DNA of 64,000 nucleotides from Prochlorococcaceae cyanobacterium. GTDB taxonomy: Bacteria; Cyanobacteriota; Cyanobacteriia; PCC-6307; Cyanobiaceae. The notes beneath the pieces were generated by a model, which was given only the letters and a program-made list of their open reading frames with translations, was not told the DNA's origin and did not search any database. Below are positions 1 to 10,983 of this stretch, in pieces (the stretch's first letter is position 1; each line of letters begins with the position of its first letter). The DNA lies in NCBI GenBank assembly GCA_040399325.1, contig JBBASJ010000003.1, positions 441 to 64,440 of the forward strand. Direction: 5' to 3'. The translations under genes and the position numbers were made by a program.

Positions 1-80
1 TCACCGTCACCAAGCAGGACATCCCCGGGGAATACAACTGACGGGCTGCGATCATCAACGCACACCCCGCCGCCATCGCC

Positions 81-896
81 TTGCCGGGCCTGGATCAGCA
101 CGTTCAGTTTGCCCTGCTGCTGACCCTGGCTGCCGGACTGTCCACCGGCATCGGCAGCCTGCTGGGCCTGGTGAACCGGCAGTACAACCCCCGCTTGCTG
201 GCCTTGTCGCTGAGCTTTTCGGCCGGCGTGATGCTGCAGGTGTCGTTCGTGGAGATCTTCCCCAAGGCGAAGATCGCCCTGGTCACGGTGCTGGGGGCGC
301 GCAGCGGCTACGCGATGACGGTCGCCGCATTCTTTGCCGGCGTCGCCGCCATGGCCGCCCTGGATCAGTTGCTGCCCAGCCACGCCATGGTGATGCCTCC
401 CCCCCAGGGGAGCGGAACCAAACCTGCCACGGCCGAAGAAGCCCGCACCCTGATGCGCATGGGGCTGTTCTCGGCCCTCGCCATCGGCATCCACAACTTT
501 CCCGAGGGGCTGGCCACCTTCATAGCCGCGCTGAACAACCCCCGACTGGGGATCGGCATCGCCCTGGCCATCGCCATCCACAACATTCCGGAGGGGCTGG
601 CGATCTCGGCGCCGCTGCACTACGCCACCGGCAACCGCGCCCAGGCGTTCTGGATCTCCTTTGCCTCAGGCCTGGCCGAACCCCTGGGAGCGCTGCTGGG
701 CTATGGACTGCTGCGACCGTTGATGAGCCCGCTGGTGATGGGCGTGATTTTTGCCGCAGTCGGGGGGGTCATGGTCTACATCTGTCTCGATGAGCTGCTG
801 CCAGCAGCCCAGCGCTATGGCACACACCACCAGATGATTGCGGGGGTCATCGGCGGCATGCTGGTGATGAGCCTGTCACTGGTGCTGCTGGCCTGA
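81..896 (+). CDS. zupT: ZIP-family zinc transporter ZupT
   Basis: 271-aa polytopic ORF with duplicated HNxPEG motifs (GIHNFPEGLA, AIHNIPEGLA) typical of ZIP/ZupT. TTG start, so the 5' end is uncertain. Confidence 0.85.
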   Translation: MPGLDQHVQFALLLTLAAGLSTGIGSLLGLVNRQYNPRLLALSLSFSAGVMLQVSFVEIFPKAKIALVTVLGARSGYAMTVAAFFAGVAAMAALDQLLPSHAMVMPPPQGSGTKPATAEEARTLMRMGLFSALAIGIHNFPEGLATFIAALNNPRLGIGIALAIAIHNIPEGLAISAPLHYATGNRAQAFWISFASGLAEPLGALLGYGLLRPLMSPLVMGVIFAAVGGVMVYICLDELLPAAQRYGTHHQMIAGVIGGMLVMSLSLVLLA

Positions 897-931
897 CCCC
901 GACCCGACCCCAGACGCCCTCGACCTGCCCG

Positions 932-2086
932 ATGCCCGCCCCAGATGAGCGTTGGCCCTGGTGGCCGCTGCTGCCTCTGTACCCCTACGGCCGCCGGGCA
1001 ACCCTGGTGCGCGAGCTGGTTCCGGATCAGGTCTGGAGCTTCGAGCAACTGCAGGGGGTGTACTACGTGGCCGTGCCGATCCGCATGACCGTGCTCAAGG
1101 TGCAGGGAGGACTCCTGCTGTATGCCCCGGTCGCGCCCACGGCGGCGCTGCGCACCGCTCTGCGGACGCTGGAGGCCAGCCATGGACCGGTGCGCACGAT
1201 CGTGCTGCCGAGCAGTTCTGGGCTTGAGCACAAACTGCCGGTGCCGGCCATGGCACGCGCCTTTCCCGAGGCCACGGTGTGGGTGACGCCTGGGCAGTGG
1301 AGCTTCCCGCTGCCGCTGCCGCTGGACTGGCTGGGCTTTCCAGCCCAACGCACCCGCGTGCTGTTTGACGATGGGGTTCCCCATGGCGACGAGCTGCACT
1401 GGAGTGCCCTGGGCCCGCTCGACCTGGGGCTGGGCACCTTCATGGAGGTCGCCTGCCTGCACCTGCGGAGCGGCAGCCTGTTGGTGACGGATGCCCTGGT
1501 GAGCATCGGCCGCCAACCGCCGCCGGTGTTTGCCCTCGACCCCACTCCGCTGTTGTTCCACGCCCGTGAGCGGGGCACCGAGCCCCTGCTCGATGATCCG
1601 GAGCGGCGGCAGCGCGGCTGGTGGCGCCTGGTCCTGTTTGCCTCCTACCTGCGCCCGGCCAGCCTGACGGTGCCGTCCCTGGTCGAGATCCTCAAGGACG
1701 CGCTGGCCCAACCGGAGCGCCGCGCCCGCAACCACTTCGGGCTCTACCCCTTTCGCTGGCCCGAGGGCTGGGAGGCCGAATTTGAACAGCTGGTGGCCAC
1801 CCAGAGCGATGGCCTGCAGATTGCCCCGGTGCTCGAGCGCCTGGTGTTTCCCCGCTGCCGCACCCAACTGAGCAACTGGCTGCGCGAGCTGGCCGCGCTG
1901 CCGGGAATCAACCGGTTGATTGCGGCGCACCATGAGGCTCCGGTGGCCTGCAATGCCGACAGCCTGGCGTCGCTGGCCGATCGACTGGACGCCCGCGCCT
2001 GGGCTGTCGACGCGGGCAGCTGGTCGTTGCTGGCCTCGATCGATCGGACGCTGGTCAAGCTGGGCCTCGTGCCCGCTGAACCCTGA
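932..2086 (+). CDS. DUF4336-like conserved hypothetical protein
   Basis: 384-aa ORF in a GC3-rich frame with an ATG start. The N-terminus WPWWPLLPLYPYGRR..VWSFEQ recalls cyanobacterial/plant DUF4336 proteins; the family name is from memory. Confidence 0.65.
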   Translation: MPAPDERWPWWPLLPLYPYGRRATLVRELVPDQVWSFEQLQGVYYVAVPIRMTVLKVQGGLLLYAPVAPTAALRTALRTLEASHGPVRTIVLPSSSGLEHKLPVPAMARAFPEATVWVTPGQWSFPLPLPLDWLGFPAQRTRVLFDDGVPHGDELHWSALGPLDLGLGTFMEVACLHLRSGSLLVTDALVSIGRQPPPVFALDPTPLLFHARERGTEPLLDDPERRQRGWWRLVLFASYLRPASLTVPSLVEILKDALAQPERRARNHFGLYPFRWPEGWEAEFEQLVATQSDGLQIAPVLERLVFPRCRTQLSNWLRELAALPGINRLIAAHHEAPVACNADSLASLADRLDARAWAVDAGSWSLLASIDRTLVKLGLVPAEP

Positions 2087-2102
2087 TGGTCAGGCCCGGA
2101 GC

Positions 2103-2483
2103 TCAGAGCTTGAGCTCGCCGGGGTCTGAAGCGTCATCGGAATCGAGACCGGCTGTGCTGATCAGGGTGGTTTCCAGTTCCATGCGCTGCTCCATCTGGC
2201 GCAGGAAATAGCCCGTCATCATGGCCGAGGCGAGCAGGCCGGCCAGATGGTCGCGGCTGGTCTGAACCTTCACCTCAAACTGCTCGCCCGGGAGCATGCC
2301 CAGCAGGCCCTGCACGTTGTGCCGAATGATGTCCTGGATGTCGCCGCTGGCTGACCGGGCCACACGCTGCAGCACGTCGGGAGACTGCTCCTGCAGATAC
2401 TGAATCAGCGAATTGCCGCTGATGGCATCGCTGTCCGTCGTCAGGAACTCCGGGTTGAACATCTCCGGTGTGCTCCGCGTCAC
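2103..2483 (-). CDS. DUF760 domain protein
   Basis: 126-aa ORF. The NSLIQYLQEQSPDVL..NVQGLLGMLPGEQFEVKVQTSRDHLAGLLASAMMTGYFLRQME pattern is typical of cyanobacterial/plastid DUF760. Confidence 0.7.
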   Translation of the reverse strand: MTRSTPEMFNPEFLTTDSDAISGNSLIQYLQEQSPDVLQRVARSASGDIQDIIRHNVQGLLGMLPGEQFEVKVQTSRDHLAGLLASAMMTGYFLRQMEQRMELETTLISTAGLDSDDASDPGELKL

Positions 2484-2504
2484 GTCTGCACCCTAACCCA
2501 ACCA

Positions 2505-3080
2505 TCAGGAAGGTCCAGGCAGAGGTTCAGGGGGTGATGACCGTATCCGACCGAACCGCTCCAGCGGCCAGTAACGCCACAGCGCCGTGCCGATCACCGC
2601 GTCCCGGGGCAGGGGTCCCCAGAGGTGCGAATCGAGGCTGGCGTTGCGGTTGTCGCCCAGCACCAGCAGCTCGTCATCGCCGACCCGCAGGGGAGCCAGG
2701 GCATAGTCCATGGTCACCGGAGTCCAGTCGGGATCGACGGGCTGGTCGTTGCGCAACAGGCGGCCGTCGCGCACCTCGATGCGATCGCCCGGACCGGCCA
2801 CCACCCGCTTGATCAAGGCTGCGTCGGGGTCGTAACCGGCCCGCACCAGTGCCGGCGGGGCGTGGAACACGACCACGGTGCCGGGGGCCAGGGGCAGGCC
2901 AAGACGGGGCCGCAGCTTCTCCACCAGGATGCGGTCCTGCAGCTGCAGCGTCGGCAGCATCGACCCCGATGGAATCCAGCGGGGTTCGACCACCCACAGG
3001 CGCAGGGCCAGGGCCAGGGCGACCCACAGCAGCGGTCCGAGCAGCCGTCGCCACAGGGGCCTGCCAGGGGTGGTGCTCAT
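2505..3080 (-). CDS. lepB: signal peptidase I
   Basis: Only the C-terminal 191 aa of the 459-aa track ORF are credible. This part has an ATG (cat at 3078..3080), a TM helix, then IPSGSMLPTL (Ser box), KRVVAGPGD (Lys box) and GDNRNASLDSH. Confidence 0.85.
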   Translation of the reverse strand: MSTTPGRPLWRRLLGPLLWVALALALRLWVVEPRWIPSGSMLPTLQLQDRILVEKLRPRLGLPLAPGTVVVFHAPPALVRAGYDPDAALIKRVVAGPGDRIEVRDGRLLRNDQPVDPDWTPVTMDYALAPLRVGDDELLVLGDNRNASLDSHLWGPLPRDAVIGTALWRYWPLERFGRIRSSPPEPLPGPS

Positions 3081-3125
3081 GGGCGGGGGTGCCGGGATCG
3101 CAGGATGGACCCTCCATCCTGAAGC

Positions 3126-4943
3126 GTGCCGGTGGGGCCACAGCCCGAGCCCGTCGATCAGCCCCTGGCTGCCGCCAACCTGCGGGCCGCGCTGTGCCTG
3201 CTCAGGGCCCTGGCTGCTGGCGGCCTGAGCACCCTGGTGCTGTGCCCGGGCAGCCGTTCGGCTCCCCTGGCGCAGGCAGCGGCCTTGCTGGAGGCCGAGG
3301 GCCTGCGGCTGCTCACGGCCATCGACGAGCGCTCGGCGGCCTTTCTGGCCCTGGGCTGGGGGCGGGCCAGCGGCGGGCCGGCCGCGGTCGTGACGACCTC
3401 GGGAACCGCCGTGGCCAACCTGTTGCCGGCGGCGGTGGAAGCCGACTGGGGCGCCGTGCCCCTGCTGCTGCTCAGCGCCGACCGACCGGCTCGGCTCAAG
3501 GGCTGCGGTGCCAATCAGACGGTCAACCAGGAGTCGTTTCTGACGGCGGCGTTGCGCTGGTTCGCCAGCGGCGATCCCAGCGGCCTGGCAGCCATGGCTG
3601 AAGGCCAGTTGCAGAGCCTGGCCGCCCAGGCCATCGCGGCCACCCGCGGATTCGCTGGCGCCGCCCCCGGGCCGGTGCAGCTCAATCTGCCCTTTGATGA
3701 ACCGCTGCACAGCAGTGCCGAGCAGTGGCAGCAGCTGCAGGGTGTGCCGATGGCAGTGGCCACTGAAGCTGGGCCCACCCCGGCAGACCCAGATCTGCCA
3801 CCGGCCCCGCAGCTCGACCCGGATCGCGGCGGCGTGGTGATCGCCGGACCCTGGCGCGGCCTGCCCCAGCACTGGCCCGGCCACGTGGCGGCCCTGGGCC
3901 GCTGGCTGCAGCGCAGCGGCTGGCCGCTGCTGGCCGATGGCCTCAGCAACCTGCGGGGCCAGGGCGGTCTGCAGCCACTGGCCGGTTATGACCTGCTGCT
4001 GACCTCGCCCGACGCCCTACCCCAGGCACCCCAGGTGCTGCGGCTGGGGCCGCTGCCGGCGAGCCGGCGGCTGCAGCAGTGGCTGGCGCTCCACGGCAAC
4101 CAGCAGGTGCTGATCAGCGAAGGGGAGCCGCGGCGCCTCGACCCGCTGGGCGTGGCCGTGCAGTGGCCGGGAGGACTGGAGCGCTGGTGCAGTGCCCAAC
4201 CGCAGGCGATCTGGCAGGGCCAGCCCAACCCGGCCAACCGGGCTCTGCAGCAGGGCTGGCAGCAGCGCGACACGGCCGTGCAACAGCTGTTGGATGCGCT
4301 GCTCGTAGGGCAGAACGGCCAGGGCGGCGAGACCGCGCTGAACGAACCGGCCCTGGCCCGCCAGCTCAGTCGGTTGCTGCCGCCCGGGCTGCCCCTGGTG
4401 CTGGCCAACAGCTCGCCGGTGCGCGACTGGGAAAGCTTTGCCGACCCGGCGGCACCCTGGCGGCCGATGTTCGGCTTCAGGGGAGCCTCGGGTATCGACG
4501 GCACCCTGTCGATCGCCTGTGGTGTCGCCGAGGCCCTGGGCCAGGCGGTCCTGGTCACGGGCGATCTGGCCCTGCTGCACGACAGCAACGGCTGGCTGTG
4601 GCGCAGCCAACTTCAGGGGCGGCTCACGGTGCTGCTGATCAACAACGGCGGCGGCGGCATCTTCGAGCAGCTGCCGATCCGCCACAGGGCGGGGAGCACG
4701 GGCCAGCCGATGGACTTCGAGCGTCTGTTCGCCATGCCCCAAGCGGTGGATCAGGGCCTGCTCTGTGCCGCGCATGGGGTGGCGCACAGGCGGTTGGCGG
4801 CGCAGCAGGATCTGGACGAGGCCCTCGCCTGGGCCCTGGAGCAGCCCCTGGCCGTGCTGGAGCTGCAGACCGACCGCAGGGCCGATGCCGCCCTGCGCCA
4901 GCGACTGCGCACAATGGCCCCAGTGCTCCCCATCGCGCCATGA
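3126..4943 (+). CDS. menD: SEPHCHC synthase (2-succinyl-5-enolpyruvyl-6-hydroxy-3-cyclohexene-1-carboxylate synthase)
   Basis: 605-aa ThDP-enzyme-like ORF ([10 protein letters not shown].., GASGIDG.., [11 protein letters not shown]). It overlaps the menB start by 4 nt (ATGA). Confidence 0.85.
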   Translation: MPVGPQPEPVDQPLAAANLRAALCLLRALAAGGLSTLVLCPGSRSAPLAQAAALLEAEGLRLLTAIDERSAAFLALGWGRASGGPAAVVTTSGTAVANLLPAAVEADWGAVPLLLLSADRPARLKGCGANQTVNQESFLTAALRWFASGDPSGLAAMAEGQLQSLAAQAIAATRGFAGAAPGPVQLNLPFDEPLHSSAEQWQQLQGVPMAVATEAGPTPADPDLPPAPQLDPDRGGVVIAGPWRGLPQHWPGHVAALGRWLQRSGWPLLADGLSNLRGQGGLQPLAGYDLLLTSPDALPQAPQVLRLGPLPASRRLQQWLALHGNQQVLISEGEPRRLDPLGVAVQWPGGLERWCSAQPQAIWQGQPNPANRALQQGWQQRDTAVQQLLDALLVGQNGQGGETALNEPALARQLSRLLPPGLPLVLANSSPVRDWESFADPAAPWRPMFGFRGASGIDGTLSIACGVAEALGQAVLVTGDLALLHDSNGWLWRSQLQGRLTVLLINNGGGGIFEQLPIRHRAGSTGQPMDFERLFAMPQAVDQGLLCAAHGVAHRRLAAQQDLDEALAWALEQPLAVLELQTDRRADAALRQRLRTMAPVLPIAP

Positions 4944-5809
4944 GCGCCGACCCCGGTTCTGCAGCCCTGCCGTCCGAGGGGATCTGGCGGGCCAGCGGCA
5001 GCTACGAAGACATCTGCCTGGAGCGCAGCGACGAGGGCCTGGCCCGCATCACCATCAACCGCCCCCACAAGCGCAACGCCTTTAGGCCCCGCACCGTGCA
5101 GGAGCTCTGCGACGCCTTCAGCCGGGTGCGCGACGATCCCTCGATCGGAGTGGTGCTGTTCACCGGCGCCGGCCCGGCGGCCGACGGCGGCTGGGCCTTC
5201 TGCGCCGGCGGTGACCAGAGCGTGCGGGGCGATGGCGGTTATGTCGATGAGGCCGGGCTGCCCCGGCTCAACGTGCTCGATCTGCAGCGGCTGATCCGCA
5301 GCCTGCCCAAGGTGGTGATCGCCCTGGTGGCCGGCTACGCCATCGGTGGCGGGCAGGTGCTGCATCTGCTCTGCGACCTGAGCATCGCTGCCGACAACGC
5401 CGTGTTCGGCCAGACCGGGCCGCGGGTGGGCAGTTTCGACGGGGGCTTCGGAGCCGGCTACCTGGCTCGGGTGGTGGGCCAGCGCAAGGCGCGGGAGATC
5501 TGGTTTTTGTGCCGCAGGTACGGCGCCACCGAGGCGCTGGCGATGGGGCTGGTGAATGCCGTGGTGCCGCTCGATCAGCTCCAGGCCGAAGGAGTGCGCT
5601 GGGGCCGTGAGGTGCTGCAGCACAGCCCCACGGCGATTCGCTGCCTCAAGGCCGCCTTCAACGCCGAAACCGACGGTCTGGCGGGCATCCAGGAGCTTGC
5701 GGGCCAGGCCACCCACCTGTTTTATCGAACCGCCGAGGGCCAGGAGGGTCGCAACGCCTTTTTGGAGAAACGGCCGCCCGATTTCTCGGACGCGCCCTGG
5801 CTGCCGTGA
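4940..5809 (+). CDS. menB: 1,4-dihydroxy-2-naphthoyl-CoA synthase
   Basis: Crotonase fold with [23 protein letters not shown] and the C-terminus [14 protein letters not shown]. The true ATG is at 4940; the upstream 287 codons of the track ORF overlap menD out of frame and are rejected. Confidence 0.9.
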   Translation: MSADPGSAALPSEGIWRASGSYEDICLERSDEGLARITINRPHKRNAFRPRTVQELCDAFSRVRDDPSIGVVLFTGAGPAADGGWAFCAGGDQSVRGDGGYVDEAGLPRLNVLDLQRLIRSLPKVVIALVAGYAIGGGQVLHLLCDLSIAADNAVFGQTGPRVGSFDGGFGAGYLARVVGQRKAREIWFLCRRYGATEALAMGLVNAVVPLDQLQAEGVRWGREVLQHSPTAIRCLKAAFNAETDGLAGIQELAGQATHLFYRTAEGQEGRNAFLEKRPPDFSDAPWLP

Positions 5810-5863
5810 TCACAGAACGCACTGGCGGCTGCCCGTAAAGTTGCGCCCTCCGCCGGACCCTGC

Positions 5864-7345
5864 GTGCGAATCCTGTTTGCCGCCGCCGAATGCGCCCCCA
5901 TGGTCAAGGTGGGAGGCATGGGCGACGTGGTGGGCTCCCTGCCCCCGGCCCTGGCGGCCCTGGGCCACGACGTGCGCGTGATCATGCCGGGCTACGGCCG
6001 GCTGTGGAGCCGGCTGCAGATCCCGGCCGAGCCGGTGTGGCGCGGCCACACGATGGGCAACGACTTCGCGGTGTTCGAAACCCGGCACCCCCAGTCGGGC
6101 CTGCCGGTGTATCTGGTGGGGCACCCGGTGTTCGACGCCGAGCGCATCTACGGCGGTGAAGACGAGGACTGGCGGTTCACATTCTTTGCCAGTGCGGTGG
6201 CCGAATTCGCTTGGAACCACTGGAAGCCCCAGGTGCTGCATTGCCATGACTGGCACACCGGCATGATCCCGGTGTGGATGCACCAGGACCCCGAGATCAG
6301 CACGGTGTTCACGATCCACAACCTCAAGTACCAGGGCCCCTGGCGCTGGAAGCTCGAGCGCATGACCTGGTGCCCCTGGTACATGCAGGGTGACCACACC
6401 ATGGCGGCGGCACTGCTCTATGCCGACCGGGTCAATGCGGTCTCACCGACCTACGCCCAGGAGATCCGCACCGCCGAATACGGCGAGAAGCTTGAGGGCC
6501 TGCTGAATTACATCAGCGGCAAGCTGCGCGGCATCCTCAACGGCATCGACACCGACGACTGGAATCCGGCGACCGATGCCAGCCTGCCGGCCCGTTTCAG
6601 CGCCAGCGATCTGGCCCCACGCGCCCAGAACAAGGCGGCCCTGCAGGAGCGCTTCGGTCTGGCGGTCAATCCGCGCACCTACCTGATGGGCCTGGTGAGC
6701 CGGCTGGTCGACCAGAAGGGCGTCGATCTGCTGCTGCAGGTGGCCGACCGGGTGCTGGCTTACACCGACAGCCAGATCGTCGTGCTGGGCACCGGCGACC
6801 GGGCCTACGAAAGCGGGCTGTGGCAGATGGCCTCCCGCCATCCCGGCCGTTTTGCTGTGTTCCTCACCTATGACGACGCCCTCTCCAGGCTCATCTATGC
6901 CGGCAGCGACGCCTTCCTGATGCCCAGCCGCTTCGAACCCTGCGGCATCAGTCAGTTGCTGGCGATGCGCTACGGCTCGATTCCGGTGGTGCGCCGCGTG
7001 GGTGGCCTGGTCGACACCGTGCCCCCCAACGACCCGCTGGCGGGCAGCGGCACCGGCTACGGCTTTGACCGCTACGAACCGATCGACTTCTACACCGCGA
7101 TCGTGCGGTCATGGGAGGCCTACCGCAACCAGGCCAGCTGGCAGGACCTGCAGCGCCGTGCGATGGGCGTCGATTTCAGTTGGGCCCGCTCGGCCCTTGA
7201 GTACGACGCCATGTACCGCGACGTCTGCGGGGTGAAGGAACCCACCCCTGAGGCTGCCGCCGTTGAGCAGTTCTCCCAGGGGCAGGAGGCCGATCCGTCC
7301 CGCCGCGGGCTGGCGGGGCTGCTGCGGCTGCGCGGCCAGGGCTGA
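5864..7345 (+). CDS. glgA: glycogen synthase (ADP-glucose type)
   Basis: N-terminus [27 protein letters not shown] and [12 protein letters not shown] motifs. GTG start. Confidence 0.9.
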   Translation: MRILFAAAECAPMVKVGGMGDVVGSLPPALAALGHDVRVIMPGYGRLWSRLQIPAEPVWRGHTMGNDFAVFETRHPQSGLPVYLVGHPVFDAERIYGGEDEDWRFTFFASAVAEFAWNHWKPQVLHCHDWHTGMIPVWMHQDPEISTVFTIHNLKYQGPWRWKLERMTWCPWYMQGDHTMAAALLYADRVNAVSPTYAQEIRTAEYGEKLEGLLNYISGKLRGILNGIDTDDWNPATDASLPARFSASDLAPRAQNKAALQERFGLAVNPRTYLMGLVSRLVDQKGVDLLLQVADRVLAYTDSQIVVLGTGDRAYESGLWQMASRHPGRFAVFLTYDDALSRLIYAGSDAFLMPSRFEPCGISQLLAMRYGSIPVVRRVGGLVDTVPPNDPLAGSGTGYGFDRYEPIDFYTAIVRSWEAYRNQASWQDLQRRAMGVDFSWARSALEYDAMYRDVCGVKEPTPEAAAVEQFSQGQEADPSRRGLAGLLRLRGQG

Positions 7346-7366
7346 ACGCAGCCAGGGCTGAACGCG
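7335..7366. repeat. 16-nt tandem duplication spanning the glgA stop codon
   Basis: gccagggctgaacgca (7335..7350) is immediately followed by gccagggctgaacgcg (7351..7366). The first copy contains the TGA of glgA. Confidence 0.9.
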
Positions 7367-7399
7367 GTCAGAGCCTGGCACAGCCGCTAGAACCGACCC

Positions 7400-8167
7400 A
7401 TGGCCGATCACTCCAATCTGCCGGCTCCCTATGAGAGCCCCTGGCGGCAGCTCGGTCGTGCAGCCAGAGCCGTGGTCGCCAGCCTGGGGCTGGATCTGCG
7501 CAGCCTCTGGCGCCGCAACCGCAGCGGGGAGCTTCCCCGTGTGCCCTGGTGGCCCAGGGATCTGGCTCCCCTGTTCTGGCCGCTGGTGCTGGCCGCCGCC
7601 CTGGGCCTGGTGCTATCGGCCGCGGGCTGGCTGGCGGGACTGCAGCAACAACCGCAACAAGCCGCCGCGCCCCTGACCACGGCTGCCGAAACCAGCAAGG
7701 CCGCAGCCGCGACCAACGCGCCTGACCCTGAAGACAACAGGCCTGAAACAGTTGAGGAACCCGTTGAAGACCCCGTTAAAGAGCCTGTTGAAGAGCCCAC
7801 CGAAAAACCCAACAACGATCCCCTCAAACCTGACCCGGGCCTGGCGACAAGCGCGAGCCTCGCCGCTGAACCGGCGACCCCGCCCAGCGAGACCCTGCGC
7901 GATCGCATCAGCGCCGACGACCGCGAGCACTGGATCATGGCGGCCGAGGCCAGGCCCGAACAGCAGTTGGTGGTGCTGCAACTTGGGGACGGCTTCAACC
8001 GCCAGGATCCCCTGGCCCGCCGCCGTCAGGCCGAGCGCTGGCTTGAGCGCATCCGGGAGCTGGGCTTTGAGCAGCTCGAGCTGCGCAGCCCTGATGGCGA
8101 GCTGCTGGGATACCGGGCCCGGGTGGGTTCGGGCATGATCCTGCTCGAGCCCGCCGCCTCTGCCTGA
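7400..8167 (+). CDS. hypothetical membrane-anchored protein with acidic Pro/Glu-rich linker
   Basis: 255-aa ORF with one TM helix (LAPLFWPLVLAAALGLVLSAAGWLA), an EEPVEDPVKEPVEEPTEKP low-complexity stretch and a structured C-terminal domain. The stop overlaps the murF ATG by 1 nt. Confidence 0.55.
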   Translation: MADHSNLPAPYESPWRQLGRAARAVVASLGLDLRSLWRRNRSGELPRVPWWPRDLAPLFWPLVLAAALGLVLSAAGWLAGLQQQPQQAAAPLTTAAETSKAAAATNAPDPEDNRPETVEEPVEDPVKEPVEEPTEKPNNDPLKPDPGLATSASLAAEPATPPSETLRDRISADDREHWIMAAEARPEQQLVVLQLGDGFNRQDPLARRRQAERWLERIRELGFEQLELRSPDGELLGYRARVGSGMILLEPAASA

Positions 8168-9591
8168 TGCCACTGCAGCTGCACGATCTGCAGGATCTCT
8201 TGGGTGCGCCCCTGGGCGGCCCGACCCCAGTCGATCAGGGGGGCGCTCCTGTGGGCCTGTGCACCGACAGCCGCAGGCTGCAGCCGGGGGAAGTGTTCAT
8301 TCCACTGGTGGGTGAGAGCTTTGATGGGCACAGCTTTGTGAGCAGCGCGATCGCAGCCGGCGCCCGGGCGGTGGTGCTGCAGCGCGAGCGGCTCGATCAC
8401 GGCGATCCCGGCGCCCTGAACGCGGTACTGCAGCTGGCCGAGCAGCGGCAGTGCCTGCTCTGGAGCGTGGCTGACACCCTGGAGGCCTACCAGTTGCTGG
8501 CCCGGCGAGCCCGCGAGCAACTGGCGGTGCCTGTGGTGGCCGTCACCGGCTCAGCCGGCAAGACCACCACCCGCGAGCTGATCCGCGCCGCCCTGGCTCC
8601 GCTGGGCCCGATCTGGGCCAGCAGCGGCAATGAAAACAACGACATCGGCGTGCCCCTCACCCTGCTGGGGGCAGCACCTGAGCACCGCGCCGTGGTCGTG
8701 GAGATGGGTATGCGCGGCCTGGGCGAGATCGATCGGCTCAGCCGCACCGCCCGGCCCGATGTGGCCGTGATCACCAACATCGGCACCGCCCACATCGGCC
8801 GCCTGGGCAGCCGCGAGGCGATCGCCACCGCCAAGTGCGAGATCACGACAGCCCTGCGCCCCGATGGCCTGGTGGTGATCCCGGCCGGCGACCCCCTGCT
8901 CGATGCCGCCCTGGCACGCGTGTGGGACGGGCGGGTGCTGCGGGTGGCCCTGAAGGGCGACACCCTGGCGACCGGCACGGCCCCCGCCGATCTGAGCGCT
9001 GCGCTCGACGACAACGGGACCGCGGAGCTCACGCTGCCGTGTGGAACCAGGCTGCCGCTGCCGCTGAGCGGCCGCCATAACGCCCGCAACCTGCTGCTGG
9101 CCGTGGCTGTGGCCCAGGAACTGGGGGTGGCGACCGAAACCCTGGCCGCCCTGACGGTCGACGTGCCGGGCGGCCGCAACCGCCGCCTGCAGCTGGGCGG
9201 GCTCACCCTGCTCGATGAGACCTACAACGCCTCGCCCGAAGCCGTGCTGGCCGCCCTCGACCTGTTGGCCGCCCAGCCGGGGCGCCGCTTTGCGGTGCTG
9301 GGCACCATGCTCGAGCTGGGTGATCAGAGCCTGGAGCTGCACCAGCGCGTCGCGGCCCGTGCCGCCGCGCTGGGCCTCGATGGACTGGTGATCGTCGACG
9401 CCGGCGCCGAGGGCGCCGCCATGGCCGAGGCGGCCGCCGCAGTGCCACGGCTGGTGGTGGTGAGCACACCCGAGCAGGCGGCTGCGCCCCTGCTGCACTG
9501 GTTGGTCCCTGGCGATGTGCTGCTGCTCAAGGCGAGCCGCGGCGTGGCGCTGGAGCGGTTGATTCCGTTGCTCCCCCAGAGCCTGGGCTGA
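8167..9591 (+). CDS. murF: UDP-N-acetylmuramoyl-tripeptide--D-alanyl-D-alanine ligase
   Basis: Mur ligase motifs VTGSAGKTTTRE, DETYNASPEA and LLLKASRG. Confidence 0.85.
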   Translation: MPLQLHDLQDLLGAPLGGPTPVDQGGAPVGLCTDSRRLQPGEVFIPLVGESFDGHSFVSSAIAAGARAVVLQRERLDHGDPGALNAVLQLAEQRQCLLWSVADTLEAYQLLARRAREQLAVPVVAVTGSAGKTTTRELIRAALAPLGPIWASSGNENNDIGVPLTLLGAAPEHRAVVVEMGMRGLGEIDRLSRTARPDVAVITNIGTAHIGRLGSREAIATAKCEITTALRPDGLVVIPAGDPLLDAALARVWDGRVLRVALKGDTLATGTAPADLSAALDDNGTAELTLPCGTRLPLPLSGRHNARNLLLAVAVAQELGVATETLAALTVDVPGGRNRRLQLGGLTLLDETYNASPEAVLAALDLLAAQPGRRFAVLGTMLELGDQSLELHQRVAARAAALGLDGLVIVDAGAEGAAMAEAAAAVPRLVVVSTPEQAAAPLLHWLVPGDVLLLKASRGVALERLIPLLPQSLG

Positions 9592-9607
9592 AGCCCACTT
9601 GGCCCGC

Positions 9608-10957
9608 TCAGCTCGGCCCCTGCCAGTTCTCCTTGATGAGCTGCTTGGCCCGGCCCAGGGCCAGGCTGCCGCTGGGCACATCCTTGGTGAGGGTGGAGCC
9701 GGCCCCCACGGTCACCCCTTCGCCCAGGGTGATCGGGGCCACGAGCACGCTGTTGGCCCCGGTCTTGCTGCCCGAGCCGACCACGGTGCGGTGCTTGCGC
9801 ACGCCGTCGTAATTGGCGGTGATGGTGCCGGCACCCACGTTGACATTGGTGCCCAGGTCGGCGTCGCCGATGTAGCTGAGGTGGTTGACCTTGCTACCCG
9901 TGCCGATGTGGCTGTTCTTGATCTCGACGAAGTTGCCGACACGGCAATCGCGCTCGAGCACAGCGCCGGGGCGCAGCTGGGCAAACGGGCCGATCACGCA
10001 GCCTGCCGCGACCGTGGCCTCGCGCACCACCGAATGGACGATCTCGACGCCATCGCCGATCGTGGCGTTGTCGATCAGGCAACCGGGGCCGATGCAGCAC
10101 CCCTCGCCCACCACGGTGTTGCCCCTGAAATGGCACTGGGGCTCGACCACCACATCGCGGCCGAAACGGGTGCCCTCGCTCAGGGTGCAACTGGCGGGGT
10201 CGATGAAGCTGACCCCCTCGCGCATCCAGTGCTCGCGCAGCCGCTGCTGCAGCACCGCCTCGCACTGGGCCAGCTGCAGGCGGTCGTTGATGCCGTTGAT
10301 CTCATCGGCATCGGCCACCTCCACATGCATGGCCGGGCTCAGCATCGCCACGGTGTCGGTCAGATACAGCTCGCCCTGGTCGTTGTCGCTGCTGAGCCGG
10401 GGCAGCACGGCCGCCAGCTTGGCCCAGTTGAAGCAGTAGATGCCGGCGTTGATCAGCTCAACGCGGCGCTGGTCGTCGCTGCAATCGCGATGCTCGACGA
10501 TGGCACTCACGGCGCCGTCGGCGTCGGCCATCACGCGGCCATAGCCGGTCGGGTCGGCCAGCCGAGCGGTCAGCAGGGTCACGGCCGCCCCGCTGGCGCG
10601 GTGACGACTCAGCAACTGCTCAAGGGTCTCGGGCCGCAACAGCGGCACATCGCCGTTGAGCACCAGCAGATCGCCCTCGAAACCCGCCAGCGGCGCCAGC
10701 AACTGTTGCACCGCATGGCCCGTGCCGAGCTGGGGCTGCTGCAGCACAAACTCGAGGCCGCCCGTGCCCTCAAGCGTGCTGCGCACCCGCTCGGCCTGAT
10801 GCCCCACGATCAGCAGGCGCCGCTGCGGGGCCAGCCCCTGGCAACTGCTGAGCACCCGCTCCACCAGGGTGGCGCCCGCCAGGGGCTGCAGCACCTTGGG
10901 CAGGTCGCTCTTCATGCGCGTGCCCTTCCCGGCGGCCAACACGGCAACGGCAAGCAT
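9608..10957 (-). CDS. glmU: bifunctional UDP-GlcNAc pyrophosphorylase / GlcN-1-P acetyltransferase
   Basis: N-terminus [20 protein letters not shown], followed by a long left-handed beta-helix hexapeptide-repeat C-terminus. Confidence 0.9.
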   Translation of the reverse strand: MLAVAVLAAGKGTRMKSDLPKVLQPLAGATLVERVLSSCQGLAPQRRLLIVGHQAERVRSTLEGTGGLEFVLQQPQLGTGHAVQQLLAPLAGFEGDLLVLNGDVPLLRPETLEQLLSRHRASGAAVTLLTARLADPTGYGRVMADADGAVSAIVEHRDCSDDQRRVELINAGIYCFNWAKLAAVLPRLSSDNDQGELYLTDTVAMLSPAMHVEVADADEINGINDRLQLAQCEAVLQQRLREHWMREGVSFIDPASCTLSEGTRFGRDVVVEPQCHFRGNTVVGEGCCIGPGCLIDNATIGDGVEIVHSVVREATVAAGCVIGPFAQLRPGAVLERDCRVGNFVEIKNSHIGTGSKVNHLSYIGDADLGTNVNVGAGTITANYDGVRKHRTVVGSGSKTGANSVLVAPITLGEGVTVGAGSTLTKDVPSGSLALGRAKQLIKENWQGPS

Positions 10958-10983
10958 CAGCGGGCAGGCAACTGGGGCGGAAT

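Noticed and set aside
1-80. Looked for a Zur/Fur-type operator upstream of zupT and for a partial upstream gene
   Set aside because: No AT-rich palindrome is present. The first 41 nt could encode the C-terminal ..TVTKQDIPGEYN-stop of a truncated upstream gene, but that is too short to support.
815-1933. 372-aa minus-strand ORF, plus similar long antisense ORFs at 15155..16663, 24002..25423, 39737..41095, 45108..46343 and 55893..56975
   Set aside because: Each lies opposite a gene with recognisable family motifs and shows Arg/Gly/Gln/His/Pro-rich shadow-frame composition.
3081-3884. N-terminal extension of about 270 codons on the lepB track ORF. Analogous extensions exist at 4079..4939 (menB), 21751..22131 (acs), 26064..26924 (exonuclease), 20206..20346 (sds), 47947..48267 (ruvA) and 53603..53743 (CNNM).
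   Set aside because: The extensions overlap neighbouring genes in other frames or strands and lack family similarity. Internal start codons give proteins of canonical length.
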